Positions 45,166 to 55,271 of a stretch of DNA of 64,000 bases are shown here, one piece after another. This stretch comes from Candidatus Parcubacteria bacterium. Its GTDB lineage: Bacteria; Patescibacteriota; Saccharimonadia; UBA4664; JBIOIQ01. Positions within the stretch are counted from its first letter, which is position 1; each line of letters begins with the position of its first letter. The stretch spans positions 947,691 to 1,011,690 of the forward strand of contig OY970378.1 in assembly GCA_963718875.1 (NCBI GenBank). The letters are read 5' to 3'. Under the pieces are notes generated by a model, which searched no databases, was not told where the DNA came from, and saw nothing but the letters and a program-made list of their open reading frames with translations. Position numbers and translations under genes: made by a program.

Positions 45166-45215
45166 GAAAAGCCGCCAGGCGCCCGGACCGTGTGTGGTCT
45201 GGCTACCTGGCGGAC
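45166..45215 (-). terminator. Hairpin terminator for the 45240..45638 gene (ccgccagg...cctggcgg, T-run on the minus strand)
   Basis: gccgccaggcgcccggaccgtgtgtggtctggctacctggcgg, preceded on the plus strand by aaaagaaaag. Confidence 0.45.
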
Positions 45216-45239
45216 GTTGAGCTGCAGCACGAGACTCGG

Positions 45240-45638
45240 TCAAGCCGGAACGTTGGGTAGCGTGGCGTTGGCGTATGCCTCGAACGATGAGAAGCTGCGC
45301 GTATTGTCGGCGGGGTCGTACGGGAGCTCCACAATGACATCACGAGTGACGCAGTTGACGTGAACTGTCACGATTGCAATTGTGGAGCCAGCCCCTACTC
45401 GAATGTCAGAGAGTGCACAGACTTTGGACAGCTCCCAAACAAGCAGAGGTATGACTGCCGATGCGTCGATGTCGCTCCGTTGGGCAGCAAGATTGCGCAA
45501 CACTGATGCCGAGCAACGCAGGAACTCGTCCAGACTCGGCGTGTGATGAGCCCGAACATAAAGCATGATTTCGCCTTTTCCAGAAATTGCCCCGGAAACA
45601 ATTACTGCACCGCTGGTACTGGTCACGGCAACCTCCAT
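45240..45638 (-). CDS. Hypothetical protein (132 aa), high-GC islet
   Basis: ORF with a downstream terminator; weak ribosome-binding site. Confidence 0.35.
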   Translation of the reverse strand: MEVAVTSTSGAVIVSGAISGKGEIMLYVRAHHTPSLDEFLRCSASVLRNLAAQRSDIDASAVIPLLVWELSKVCALSDIRVGAGSTIAIVTVHVNCVTRDVIVELPYDPADNTRSFSSFEAYANATLPNVPA

Positions 45639-45736
45639 GTAGGAATGTCACTCAGGTTGAGCTATTAGCTATTATAACACATTTTTAACACTTTGGTCAA
45701 TTTTATCGACCAAGCGATTTTTTTTGATTCTTCCAC

Positions 45737-46813
45737 ATGGTAAACTTTTTCCTAATGGAACTAATCAAACTTCCTGGCTTGGTCGATTTGCATGTACATC
45801 TTCGCGACCCGGGACAGACTCACAAAGAAGACTTTTTGACAGGTACAAGCGCGGCACTGGCCGGTGGTTATACGATGATCTTTGACATGCCAAATAACGC
45901 TACACCGATTACTACGGCCGAGGCGTTAGACGCTAAGATTGAGAGTGCTCAGTCTCAGATTGTCTGTGATGTGGGGTTTTATTTTGGCTCGCTCGGAGAC
46001 AATTTAAAGGAGTTTGCTAGCGTCCGAGATAAGGTTGTTGGTATCAAGCTTTATCTCAATATGACAACGGGCCAGTATCTGCTCGATACATCTAAACTGA
46101 TGGAAACCTTTGCTGCCTGGGACTCTACCAAACCAATTCTGGTGCATGCTGAGGATGAAAATGACATGTTGGGAGCTGTGATCGAGGCGGTCAAGGAGAC
46201 TGGGCAAAAAACTTACATTTGTCATTTGTCACAAGCATCGGAGCTGAAGAAAGTTATTGCCGCTAAAGATAAAGGGCTGCCAATCAGTTGTGGCGTTACC
46301 CCTCATCACCTTTTTCTAAACGATCAAGATGCTGTTCGCTTGGGTGGTTTTGGCCATATGAAACCAGTGCTCAAACCGCAGTCCGATGTGGACTTTTTGT
46401 GGGCGAATTTGGATGCGGTCGACGTGATCGAATCTGACCACGCGCCTCATACGAGGAGCGAAAAAGCCGAAGGGACATTTGGGGTACCGGGGCTGGAAAC
46501 GGCCCTGCCTCTATTGCTGCAAGCTGAGTACGAGGGTAAGATTTCGCGCGAAGATATTATTGATAAATGCCACACCGAACCCTTGAAGATTTTGGGTCTC
46601 GAGGCAGATTCGGACACCTATATTGAAGTGAGTCGAAAAGCCCACATTATTCACGACGAGGATCTAAAGACTAAGTGCGGCTGGTCGCCTTTTAAGGGCC
46701 AAGAAGTGCACGGAAAGGTCCAGACTGTTTACATACGTGGGCAAAAAGTTTATGAAAACGGGCAAATTCTAGCCCAGCCTGGTTCGGGCAGGATCATCGC
46801 GTCGACTGCTTGA
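45737..46813 (+). CDS. pyrC: Dihydroorotase (likely start MELIKLPGLVDLHVHLRDPG at about 45755)
   Basis: DLHVHLRDPG metal-binding motif; amidohydrolase fold. Confidence 0.85.
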   Translation: MVNFFLMELIKLPGLVDLHVHLRDPGQTHKEDFLTGTSAALAGGYTMIFDMPNNATPITTAEALDAKIESAQSQIVCDVGFYFGSLGDNLKEFASVRDKVVGIKLYLNMTTGQYLLDTSKLMETFAAWDSTKPILVHAEDENDMLGAVIEAVKETGQKTYICHLSQASELKKVIAAKDKGLPISCGVTPHHLFLNDQDAVRLGGFGHMKPVLKPQSDVDFLWANLDAVDVIESDHAPHTRSEKAEGTFGVPGLETALPLLLQAEYEGKISREDIIDKCHTEPLKILGLEADSDTYIEVSRKAHIIHDEDLKTKCGWSPFKGQEVHGKVQTVYIRGQKVYENGQILAQPGSGRIIASTA

Positions 46814-47885
46814 TCTCAATCGCCAAGTTGGGATTCCACATGGCCCCCGTAGCACTCATAACGCAGTCGGCACCCAATGAGCGATATTCTTGATAGTCGC
46901 TTGGTGTCATAACACCACCAACACCAATAATTTCATATTTCAGGTTGTCGCGCTTGCGAATGCCATCTAGGCGCTTAACCATATCGAGGCCAGCCCATTT
47001 TATACTTGCCCCACACATTCCACTCTTAAGGCGCCCCTCGCCTGGCAAAGCCTGCTCTCCGTGCTCGTTTACAACTGGTGCAGCAATTGTGTTGATACTA
47101 GAAATAGCGCCGACATAGGGCACCATCTCGCGCACAATAGTTTCAAGCAGATCATTTTGGGCGGCACTAAAATAGCCAAGCTTGGCAATTAAAGGAACCT
47201 CTCCAATTTGCTGTTTAACACGTCGGCAAATTTCGGCTACAGCCTGCGGGGTATAGCACAACACGCCTTCACTGGCTACGTTGGGGCAAGATAAATTAAC
47301 TTCTATGGCTTTAACTCCGGCATCGGCAGCCATTTTAGCGGCTTCAGCAAAGTCGTCATAATAATCCTCGGATGAAAAGCCGTCCTTAATAGTACCGACA
47401 ACGCTTTTGATTAATATTTGACCTTCGGCCTGTGCGTCCAAAGCCTGCTTTACATCCGGAACCCAAAACTGAGGGCCCTTAGACGGGTTGCCAAACGAGT
47501 TTGTAATGGTTAGCTTATGCGGATGAGCATCAGTAGATTGCCGGCCGACCAACGGCTCCCGAGCTTTCTCCAAAGTGAGATCTCCGTCTACGTCGACATA
47601 TAGGACATTGGGGAAACTATTACAGTCAAACTGGGTGCTACGCTGGGTTTTATAGCAAACGACATCAAAGCCTTTAGCAAAAGCGGCGGTTACGTAGCGT
47701 CCGTGCAGCAATGGGCCGGCAGGGATACCGAATGGCTCATGTACAGGATACCCAAGAAAGGTGTATTTTGGCTCTCCTTGGTTTTGATATATTTCGGGAT
47801 CTACAAATTCGCCAAATGGACCGTCATTAAAGTTTTCTTCGTAACTCTTGGCCGGATCGTAGATTGGTTGGCTGACTAGTTTCAT
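46794..47885 (-). CDS. pyrD: Dihydroorotate dehydrogenase
   Basis: FMN-binding TIM-barrel motifs (IAKLGY..., IGVGGVMTPSDYQEYRSLGADCVMSATG). Confidence 0.85.
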   Translation of the reverse strand: MKLVSQPIYDPAKSYEENFNDGPFGEFVDPEIYQNQGEPKYTFLGYPVHEPFGIPAGPLLHGRYVTAAFAKGFDVVCYKTQRSTQFDCNSFPNVLYVDVDGDLTLEKAREPLVGRQSTDAHPHKLTITNSFGNPSKGPQFWVPDVKQALDAQAEGQILIKSVVGTIKDGFSSEDYYDDFAEAAKMAADAGVKAIEVNLSCPNVASEGVLCYTPQAVAEICRRVKQQIGEVPLIAKLGYFSAAQNDLLETIVREMVPYVGAISSINTIAAPVVNEHGEQALPGEGRLKSGMCGASIKWAGLDMVKRLDGIRKRDNLKYEIIGVGGVMTPSDYQEYRSLGADCVMSATGAMWNPNLAIEIKQSTR

Positions 47886-47924
47886 ACTTGAAATAATAAT
47901 AACACTTTTTAAAAGAGGTGTTTT

Positions 47925-48785
47925 TTAATTAACTGTGGGCCGATTATCCGAGTTAGGCCGGTCAAAACGATCTTTGATATTTCCCCCTCCACCCGTATGA
48001 CGGCTGAGCGCACCGGCAGCTTTGAATAATAGTCCAGCCAGGATAATAACAACGCCCAAGACCGCTAAAAGTACTGCTGCTATGCCAAAGTTGTTGGCCA
48101 CCCCAGCCAATACAGATTTGAAAAAACTTATCAATACTGGAATAAGGGGGTTTTCCTTGGCCGTCGATTTTAGAAATGAATCCAGTAAACTGGGTGTGAA
48201 TTTGAATAGTATGAATACCAGCATTTCGGAGAAAGCCGCGCCAAAGCAAATTTTGGCACCCACTTTAAAACGATCCCAGCCTTTATTTATCAGCATTAGC
48301 AGTGTAAGTAACAGCAGTCCAATTACTGGAGCAGCAACTTTTATAAAATTGAGCCAACTAAATAATGTTTTCGCACCTTTGGCTTCTGGAATTGTGATTG
48401 GCTTATCTAGCGGGCTATCTGGTGGCACTTGGAACCCTTGGCGGTTAACTTCTGCGCTCAAGTCCGATAAATCCAAGCTTGGAGCTGGTGCATCGGCGGA
48501 GTAGTGAGCCTGCAAGCTTTCAATTAAAGGGTTGAGTTTGGTTTTAACATAAGTGCTGGAAATTGTATCTGCAAGAGCCTGACGAGCCACTAAGGCCTCG
48601 GGCGTTTCGCCACGCACTAGGCTGTGGGGAAGTGCTTGCGACACAGAATCATAAACCCCCGATGTTTCGGCCTTAGACTCCAAGTAACGGGCGTTTAATA
48701 GGGTGCTTGTAAGGATATAGGCGGAGACTGTGGCTGTAATAGCTAATATTACTACCGAACTAAGTAATTTGTGTAATAATTTCAC
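47925..48785 (-). CDS. Hypothetical multi-pass membrane protein
   Basis: N-terminal signal or anchor and several hydrophobic helices; Gly-rich C-terminus. Confidence 0.45.
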   Translation of the reverse strand: MKLLHKLLSSVVILAITATVSAYILTSTLLNARYLESKAETSGVYDSVSQALPHSLVRGETPEALVARQALADTISSTYVKTKLNPLIESLQAHYSADAPAPSLDLSDLSAEVNRQGFQVPPDSPLDKPITIPEAKGAKTLFSWLNFIKVAAPVIGLLLLTLLMLINKGWDRFKVGAKICFGAAFSEMLVFILFKFTPSLLDSFLKSTAKENPLIPVLISFFKSVLAGVANNFGIAAVLLAVLGVVIILAGLLFKAAGALSRHTGGGGNIKDRFDRPNSDNRPTVN

Positions 48786-48865
48786 TTGGCTATCATAGCG
48801 CTAATGTTTTATGATTGGCAAACTGCGGTTTTAACGCCCCTTCTATCCTTATAGCTTACGTTACT

Positions 48866-49090
48866 CCCTGAGCTTGTCGAAGGGTCGGACCGGCTTTGCC
48901 TCTCTTAGTATGATAACGATGAAAACTTAGGGTTTAAGAGGTGCTGAACAGTAGGAGCGGCCATGCTCCGCGGCGCATCTGGTGACTCAATACTGGCCTT
49001 CCTCTTCAGTATGACGATTAGAATATTTGGTTCAACAAAAGTTGGTGGATCCTGAAATAAATTCAGGATGACAAACAAGGGGGGAGGCGA
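48866..49090. repeat. Repeat cluster: family-C half-site (48866-48888), family-D element (48993-49019), atcctgaa..ttcaggatgacaaacaagggggg element (49049-49090)
   Basis: ccctgagcttgtcgaagggtcgg; ctggccttcctcttcagtatgacgat (compare 58345-58372); compare 3068-3098 and 36286-36300. Confidence 0.65.
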
Positions 49091-49124
49091 TGATGACAGG
49101 AGGGATGTGGAGGGAAGAGTTGGA

Positions 49125-49958
49125 CTAGGTCAGCAATCGCTGTTTCTCGGCCGCGCGGTAAAGTTTTTCCCAATCATTTAAACTCAGCTCCTGTGCGCGA
49201 GCTGTAGGATTGAGCTTGGCCTGAACCAACAGTTGGCCCGTCATATCAACACTGGCATTTAAGCCACCAGCAAGTGCGTTTTTTAATTGCTTGCGCTTTT
49301 CGCTAAAACCAGCTTTTATGAGGCGGAACAGCTTGGTGGTATCGGCTTCAAAAGCTGGTTTAGGGCGTCTTACAATTTGTAAAATGGCTGAATCTACTTT
49401 GGGGGCTGGCCAGAATTTATGGCGCTCTACGACACCAACTAAGCGAGCCTGGGCGTAGTATTGGACTGATAGTGCCAGGATGGAAAGCTGGCCTGGTTTT
49501 GCCACTACCCGGGCAGCCACCTCTTTTTGAACAAGCAGTGACATAACCGTTGGCGGATTGGAGTTTTCGAGCAAAAGACGAAATATTTTTGAGGTTAGAT
49601 AGTATGGTAAATTTGCTACGACTTTATATGACTCCCCCATTTGACTTAAGTCAAAATGCAGGATATCCTCCGACCGAACGTCGAGGTTTGAAGCAGCGTC
49701 TTTTGCCAGTAATTCCGCTAGAGCTCGATCGGCCTCTACTGCCACCACTGACTTGCAAGAACTTGTTAAAAGGTTAGTCATTACGCCTAAGCCCGGTCCT
49801 ATTTCCAGTACCGTGTCATCGGGTTGAAGTTCTGCGGCAGCAACCACAGTCATGAGCGCGTCTTTATCAATTAAAAAATGCTGGCCCAGCCCCTTGTTTG
49901 GTGATATACCGGCCAGCCTCATAGCAATCCGTAAATCTTCGAGCTGACTTAAATCCAT
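49125..49958 (-). CDS. rsmA: 16S rRNA (adenine1518/1519-N6)-dimethyltransferase RsmA/KsgA
   Basis: LEIGPGLGVMTNLL SAM-binding motif. Confidence 0.9.
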   Translation of the reverse strand: MDLSQLEDLRIAMRLAGISPNKGLGQHFLIDKDALMTVVAAAELQPDDTVLEIGPGLGVMTNLLTSSCKSVVAVEADRALAELLAKDAASNLDVRSEDILHFDLSQMGESYKVVANLPYYLTSKIFRLLLENSNPPTVMSLLVQKEVAARVVAKPGQLSILALSVQYYAQARLVGVVERHKFWPAPKVDSAILQIVRRPKPAFEADTTKLFRLIKAGFSEKRKQLKNALAGGLNASVDMTGQLLVQAKLNPTARAQELSLNDWEKLYRAAEKQRLLT

Positions 49959-50001
49959 ATATCAAGTTTACCTTAAACCTGGCGTAAGCTCTAATCTGGG
50001 A

Positions 50002-51114
50002 CTAAATCATTTTACTCCAACAGCTCTTTGAGGCCAACCAGGGTGCTGTAGCGTTTTTTTGTGCTAAACGTCCAGCGGTCGCCTCAATTTGGGCGGGACC
50101 GTCAAAAATCGTACTCATGGGGTGGCCGTAAGATTTCCAAGTAGCTGCACTGTACTGGTAAAGGCCAAAGTGACTGCCGTTGGAAGCGTTGGCATCGCCA
50201 CGCGACTCACAATGCATTATGGCAAGCATCAAATTTGGGTCAACCCCCCACCGGGCCGCAGACTCTAAAACAAATGGGCGCCAGTGCTCAATCGAGCCAG
50301 AAAAAGCTACTTTTGTACCAGCCACCACAATTTGATTTACTGGTTCTTGTTGCCCCGTCACGGCCAAAACTATGCGCGATTTTTCGACTCCATTCTCATA
50401 ATGAATCCGATAGCTTACTTGCCGACGTCCGTTAACTCCAGCGACCTGAACTATTGAAACCCCCTTTGGCTGGTTGGGGTCTGTAACTGTTTTCGAGGTA
50501 AAGGGTATAACTTCGGTCACGTCAACATCGGTGTCAGTCACGCGAGTAATACTAACGGTAATACCATTTACAATCGGCGCGTCTAAGGCCGGTTGAATAG
50601 TATCTTTACTCCCTAGTTGAATGCCCGCGTCTGCTAAAAGCTTACCAACCGATGAGGCATGGCTACGGACGGTGTCTGTTTTGCCGTCGGCGCTTAACGT
50701 GATTGGCGTTGCCCGTTTGATAACTACTTGTTGTCCCACGGCAGGGGCGCTGACAAAGTCTTGGACTCGGCTGGCATCGGCTTCGTCCTCAGGGTAAAGC
50801 TTAATGCCTGCGTCTTCGGCGATCAAACGGGGAGAACGATGGGCGCTGGTAACAAGTTTTGACTGCTCGCCATCTAACACGCGGTAAACTTCTGCACGGT
50901 AGACATTAACGTTAAAAAAGCCATTAGGTAGAGCTGTTTGGGGAGCTGGTTCTACAAGGTCATTAGCCCCTACGCTTATACTAGCGCGGTCTAATACTTC
51001 CTCTACCGTATCGACGTCAGTCGTAACAATGCGAGTGCGGCCGTCTGAAGTAATACTAACAACTTTATGAGTTTCGGCCATGGCCAAATTGCGAACTGGA
51101 ATGTGGTCGGCCAC
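50002..51114 (-). CDS. RpfB/YabE-like cell-wall protein: DUF348 repeats, a G5 domain, and a C-terminal Rpf-type transglycosylase-like domain
   Basis: C-terminal LMLAIMHCESRGDANASNGSHFGLYQYSAATW. Confidence 0.7.
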   Translation of the reverse strand: MADHIPVRNLAMAETHKVVSITSDGRTRIVTTDVDTVEEVLDRASISVGANDLVEPAPQTALPNGFFNVNVYRAEVYRVLDGEQSKLVTSAHRSPRLIAEDAGIKLYPEDEADASRVQDFVSAPAVGQQVVIKRATPITLSADGKTDTVRSHASSVGKLLADAGIQLGSKDTIQPALDAPIVNGITVSITRVTDTDVDVTEVIPFTSKTVTDPNQPKGVSIVQVAGVNGRRQVSYRIHYENGVEKSRIVLAVTGQQEPVNQIVVAGTKVAFSGSIEHWRPFVLESAARWGVDPNLMLAIMHCESRGDANASNGSHFGLYQYSAATWKSYGHPMSTIFDGPAQIEATAGRLAQKNATAPWLASKSCWSKMI

Positions 51115-51377
51115 AAAAGCTGATCCGAGAGTGGCGGCAATTATGCCGCCGACGATTATTAACTTTGCCTTAGTGTTAGCGTGCCTCCAGGCAGCTAATC
51201 GAATCCGAATAAATGTACTTAAAATAGAAGCCTCTATGGTTATCTGTGGGGCTTTTATGTTAAGTTTGTGTTTTTTGACTAGTAAAGTTTAACGTACTTA
51301 TGCTTAAGTACAGTTTTTATTGTATATCGACAGATTTGGTCTGTCAAATTGAGTGAGTTTTATCGCTTATTTTCTTT

Positions 51378-51445
51378 CTGGATTCCCTATCCTGAGCGCC
51401 AAGCTAGGCAATAGTTGAGCTTGTCTTTCCGGTAGGGAATGACAA
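51378..51445. repeat. Family-B element
   Basis: ctggattccctatcctgagcgccaagctaggcaatagttgagcttgtctttccggtagggaatgacaag. Confidence 0.8.
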
Positions 51446-51499
51446 GTAAAGGTTCGGGATTTAAGGCTCAGATTTTGATCATAAACGTTTTCGGGTCTG

Positions 51500-53713
51500 C
51501 TAGTCTAGTTTTTCTATTGGCGCAAAACTGAGACTGAGTTTTTTACTGCCCACACCGGCAAACGCAGCCATAAGCTCATCTCCTGACAAACTTATTACTA
51601 TGCCGTCGCCAAATTTGGCGTGTCGTATGCGGTCACCTGGGCTGAAGTCTTCAGCTGTGAGTTGTGGGTTGTGAGTCAGATCGGACGTCCTACTCGTGAC
51701 TCTTGACTCAGGACTCACTACTGCAGTTTGCAGCTCCGCTGGGATGTCGAGTAAAAACCGCGACGGAGGATTACGCATGGTCGAACCATAAAGAAGACGG
51801 CTGCTGGCGTGAATCAAAAAAAGTTGTTGACGAGCACGAGTCATACCGACATAACAAAGTCGGCGCTCTTCTTCCATTTGGGATGCATCGTATAGACTGC
51901 GACTGTGCGGAAAAATTCCCTCTTCCATGCCGGGCATAAAAATTACCGGAAACTCTAATCCCTTGGCAGAGTGTAGCGTCATGAGTGTTACGGCATTGGT
52001 GTCTGTAGCATAATTGTCGACATCACTAATAAGGGCCACCTCCTCCAAGAAGGTGGCCAGTCCGCCGTTACCAAATTCCTCGGCCACACTTAGCAACTCT
52101 TTGACATTTTCTATTCGATCACCCGCCAGTACTGACCCGTCATCCAGATGTTCCAGGTATCCGCTCTTCTTTATGGTTAGCTCAAGCAGCCCTGCAACGC
52201 TGAGCCTTTCGACTGCCTGTCGCAAGCTGGTTATGAGTTGTCCGAACTGCATAAATGACTGTGTGGCCCGGGGAGTTAGTCCAGGCACGCGGTCTGCTTC
52301 TAGTAGGCTCGTTAAGAGGATGGGTCTAGCTGAGCCAGACAGCCTGGCTTGCTGAAGATGGTCGAGAATGGTGGCAATGCTTTTGGCGCCTAAACCACGC
52401 GGCGGCAAGTTGACGATTCGTTCAAAACTGACTGTATCTTCAGGTTGATAAATAAAGCGCAGGTAGGCCAAAGCGTCTTTGATCTCTTTGCGCTCATAGA
52501 AGCGCACCCCTCCAACAATCTTGTATGGCACCTGTGCCCTTAAAAACTGCTCTTCCAGAGCGCGTGATTGGGCGTTAGTGCGATACAACACTGCAAAATC
52601 CTTGTAAGAGCTTACTGCTGGCGAGGCTTGCGAATCAAGACCAGGTATTGAAGACGGTCTTAAAACCTGGTCTTTTATTCGGTTGACAATTAGTTCACCC
52701 TCTTGAATTTCGTTATAAGCCTGCTCCACGCTTATGGAAGCACCAGCTGAATGCTCCGTCCAGAGTTCTTTGTGACTGCGCTGAATGTTTTTACTTATAA
52801 CACTGTGGGCGGCATCCAAGATGTTTTTGGTGGAACGATAATTTTGCTCCAGTTTAATAATGTTTGCCTTGGGATAATCTTTTTCAAAATCCAAGATATT
52901 CTTAAAATTAGCCCCTCGCCAACTATAAATACTTTGCCAATCGTCACCAACTACGCAGATGTTTTGATGGGCAGCGGCGAGTAGCTTAACTAATTGATAC
53001 TGCGCATGGTTAGTGTCTTGGTATTCATCAATCATGATGTAACGAAATTGCTGCTGATACTTTTCAAGCATTGGTTGGTGCTTACGAAACATTGTGACGG
53101 TACTCATAATAATGTCGTCAAAATCGAGTGCGCCGGCTTGGTTGAGCAGGCTTTGATAAAGTGGGTAGACTTTGGCGGCGATATTTTGAGCTTGCCCAGA
53201 AGCCAGCTCTGCATAAGCGATGGGGCCAATAAGCTCATTCTTGGCGCTGGAAATGAGGTTTGCGATTAGGCTCGGTGGAAACTGCTTTTCGTCAATGCCG
53301 AGCTGACGATAAGCCTGCTTGATGACGGCTAGCGAGTCGCCCATATCAAAAATGACAAAGTTGCTGGCTACGCCCGCTTGGGTAGCTTCCCGACGTAAAA
53401 GCCGAACACAAATGGAGTGAAATGTACCCATGAAGGGCAGATACCCACGGTCAAGACCAGGTCTTGTGGTTTCAAGACCTGGTCTTAATAAACTCAATAC
53501 GCGTTCGCGCATTTCACCAGCAGCTTTATTAGTAAAAGTTACCGCCAAAATGTTGGTTGGGGGTATATGCTTTTGTGATACCAGGTAGGCAATGCGGTGA
53601 GTTAGTGCCTTGGTCTTACCGCTACCGGCACCAGCTAGCATTAATACGGGGCCCTCTGTAGTCTGAACAGCCGCTTTTTGTTGAGGATTTAGGTCTGCTA
53701 ACAAATTGTTCAT
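51500..53713 (-). CDS. ATP-dependent DNA helicase UvrD/PcrA family
   Basis: LAGAGSGKT Walker A; 737 aa; C-terminal Tudor-like HAKFGDGIV. Confidence 0.9.
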   Translation of the reverse strand: MNNLLADLNPQQKAAVQTTEGPVLMLAGAGSGKTKALTHRIAYLVSQKHIPPTNILAVTFTNKAAGEMRERVLSLLRPGLETTRPGLDRGYLPFMGTFHSICVRLLRREATQAGVASNFVIFDMGDSLAVIKQAYRQLGIDEKQFPPSLIANLISSAKNELIGPIAYAELASGQAQNIAAKVYPLYQSLLNQAGALDFDDIIMSTVTMFRKHQPMLEKYQQQFRYIMIDEYQDTNHAQYQLVKLLAAAHQNICVVGDDWQSIYSWRGANFKNILDFEKDYPKANIIKLEQNYRSTKNILDAAHSVISKNIQRSHKELWTEHSAGASISVEQAYNEIQEGELIVNRIKDQVLRPSSIPGLDSQASPAVSSYKDFAVLYRTNAQSRALEEQFLRAQVPYKIVGGVRFYERKEIKDALAYLRFIYQPEDTVSFERIVNLPPRGLGAKSIATILDHLQQARLSGSARPILLTSLLEADRVPGLTPRATQSFMQFGQLITSLRQAVERLSVAGLLELTIKKSGYLEHLDDGSVLAGDRIENVKELLSVAEEFGNGGLATFLEEVALISDVDNYATDTNAVTLMTLHSAKGLEFPVIFMPGMEEGIFPHSRSLYDASQMEEERRLCYVGMTRARQQLFLIHASSRLLYGSTMRNPPSRFLLDIPAELQTAVVSPESRVTSRTSDLTHNPQLTAEDFSPGDRIRHAKFGDGIVISLSGDELMAAFAGVGSKKLSLSFAPIEKLD

Positions 53714-53729
53714 ACCATAAATTCGAAAC

Positions 53730-53750
53730 CTTGAGCGTAGTCGAAGGGTT
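53730..53750. repeat. Family-C half-site (cttgagcgtagtcgaaggg)
   Basis: Matches cctgagcgtagtcgaagg (the reverse complement of 761-778). Confidence 0.5.
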
Positions 53751-53883
53751 GAGGATTAAGTTCAGCTAATAAAACGGTCATTTGTCTATTGTACGTTGCC
53801 AAGCAAAGGAGAGGAAGGCTTGACAATAGACGAAAGAGGCAGTTCAATAAAGTTGACTCATTCGCTAGCGAGGGAAGTTACGT

Positions 53884-54216
53884 ATGTCTAGAGTAGTAGC
53901 ACCACCTGCCCACAGAGTCATTGACGTATCGTCTGATACAGACGCTGAGGGATGGGACCTTCTGGATACAGAGGACCACCCTCTACCCCGCTGGGCCACC
54001 ATCTTCGCAGCAGTTAGGGACAGGGGCCCTCTGGTATTCCGGTACAGGAGGATCGCGGATGGAACCGAAGGCTTCGAAGAGCTGTTCCTCTGGGACATCA
54101 AGCTGGATGGGAACGTCCTTGGAGGGGTCAACTCGGATCGCACTCGTAGGGTCACCATGCTGCTAGGAGTCAACGGCATTCCGGTATCCATCCAGTTCAG
54201 GCCGAACCTCGCCTGA
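53884..54216 (+). CDS. Hypothetical protein (110 aa), GC about 60%
   Basis: gagggaagttacgtATG ribosome-binding site; terminator ccccggtaacgggg plus ctcacgtttttt at 54258-54293. Confidence 0.4.
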   Translation: MSRVVAPPAHRVIDVSSDTDAEGWDLLDTEDHPLPRWATIFAAVRDRGPLVFRYRRIADGTEGFEELFLWDIKLDGNVLGGVNSDRTRRVTMLLGVNGIPVSIQFRPNLA

Positions 54217-54291
54217 TCTTTCCTCCATACTCTGCCCCGTTCGCCGACTCCACGCATCAGGCGTGAACCCCGGTAACGGGGCTCACGTTTT

Positions 54292-54477
54292 TTAATATCT
54301 AGAGATATCGATTGACTTAGTCGACTTAGGCGAGGGCTTATCGGTAGTTTTTCTTAAATTAACGGTTCCTGGCGGCCGCTTTGCAGCTTTTTTCTTAGCG
54401 ACAAGAGTACCGCAACCCAGGCACATGTGGCCGGGTTTTGCCAGGACCATTGGATTTTGACAATCGGGGCAGTTCAT
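54292..54477 (-). CDS. Small zinc-ribbon protein (CxxC...CxxC) with a Lys-rich tail
   Basis: MNCPDCQNPMVLAKPGHMCLGCGTL. Confidence 0.4.
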   Translation of the reverse strand: MNCPDCQNPMVLAKPGHMCLGCGTLVAKKKAAKRPPGTVNLRKTTDKPSPKSTKSIDISRY

Positions 54478-54479
54478 AA

Positions 54480-55271
54480 CTATGCCGCTTCCGCACCTGC
54501 CACAGCTTGGGCGGTTTTAATCATTGAGGCAAACTCTTCATAATTAAGGCTTGCTCCCCCTACCAATAATCCATCTACCCCCGGCAATTCAACATAGGCT
54601 CGCGTATTGTCGGGGTTACAGCTGCCTCCATACAAAACCAAGGCACTTGTACCGTAACCCTCGCCGTACAAATCTTCTATCGAGTCTCTAATAGATTGAA
54701 TCATGGGAGCGACTTCGTAGGGCTTGGCAAAGGTACCGTGCCCATCTCCGGAGCTAATAGCCCAGACAGGCTCATAAGTTATGATTATACTGCCCAACTC
54801 ATCGGCCGTTAGCATAGACAAGCACGCGGTCAGCTGGTCATTTACCACTCTACGAGAATGGCCTTGCATGCGGTCGGCTAATCTATCTCCTACGCATAGG
54901 ATTGGGGTTATATTGTGCCTGATGGCTGCCGCCACTTTCTTAGCTATAACGTCGTCGCGTTCGCCCTCTTCGCGTCGGCGCTCGGAATGGCCGATAATGG
55001 CGTATTCCACCATTCCATGCAACATGGCTGCAGATACCTCGCCTGTGTGGGCTCCAGCATCTTCGTGGTGAAGGTTTTGGCTACCCAGTTTAAACTTGGC
55101 ACTATTTAGGTCTTTGGCGACAGGATAAAGGTCAATATAGGGCGGACATATAATTACCCGCACATTGCGATCCGCTTCGACTTTTTTATCCAGCCTGTGA
55201 ACAAGCAGGCTAGCCTCATGAGGCGTTAAATTCATCTTCCAATTTGCGATTAAAAGTAACTTTTTGGCCAT
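54480..55271 (-). CDS. tpiA: Triosephosphate isomerase
   Basis: ANWKMN N-terminus, catalytic IIGHSERR and YEPVWAIS. Confidence 0.9.
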   Translation of the reverse strand: MAKKLLLIANWKMNLTPHEASLLVHRLDKKVEADRNVRVIICPPYIDLYPVAKDLNSAKFKLGSQNLHHEDAGAHTGEVSAAMLHGMVEYAIIGHSERRREEGERDDVIAKKVAAAIRHNITPILCVGDRLADRMQGHSRRVVNDQLTACLSMLTADELGSIIITYEPVWAISSGDGHGTFAKPYEVAPMIQSIRDSIEDLYGEGYGTSALVLYGGSCNPDNTRAYVELPGVDGLLVGGASLNYEEFASMIKTAQAVAGAEAA

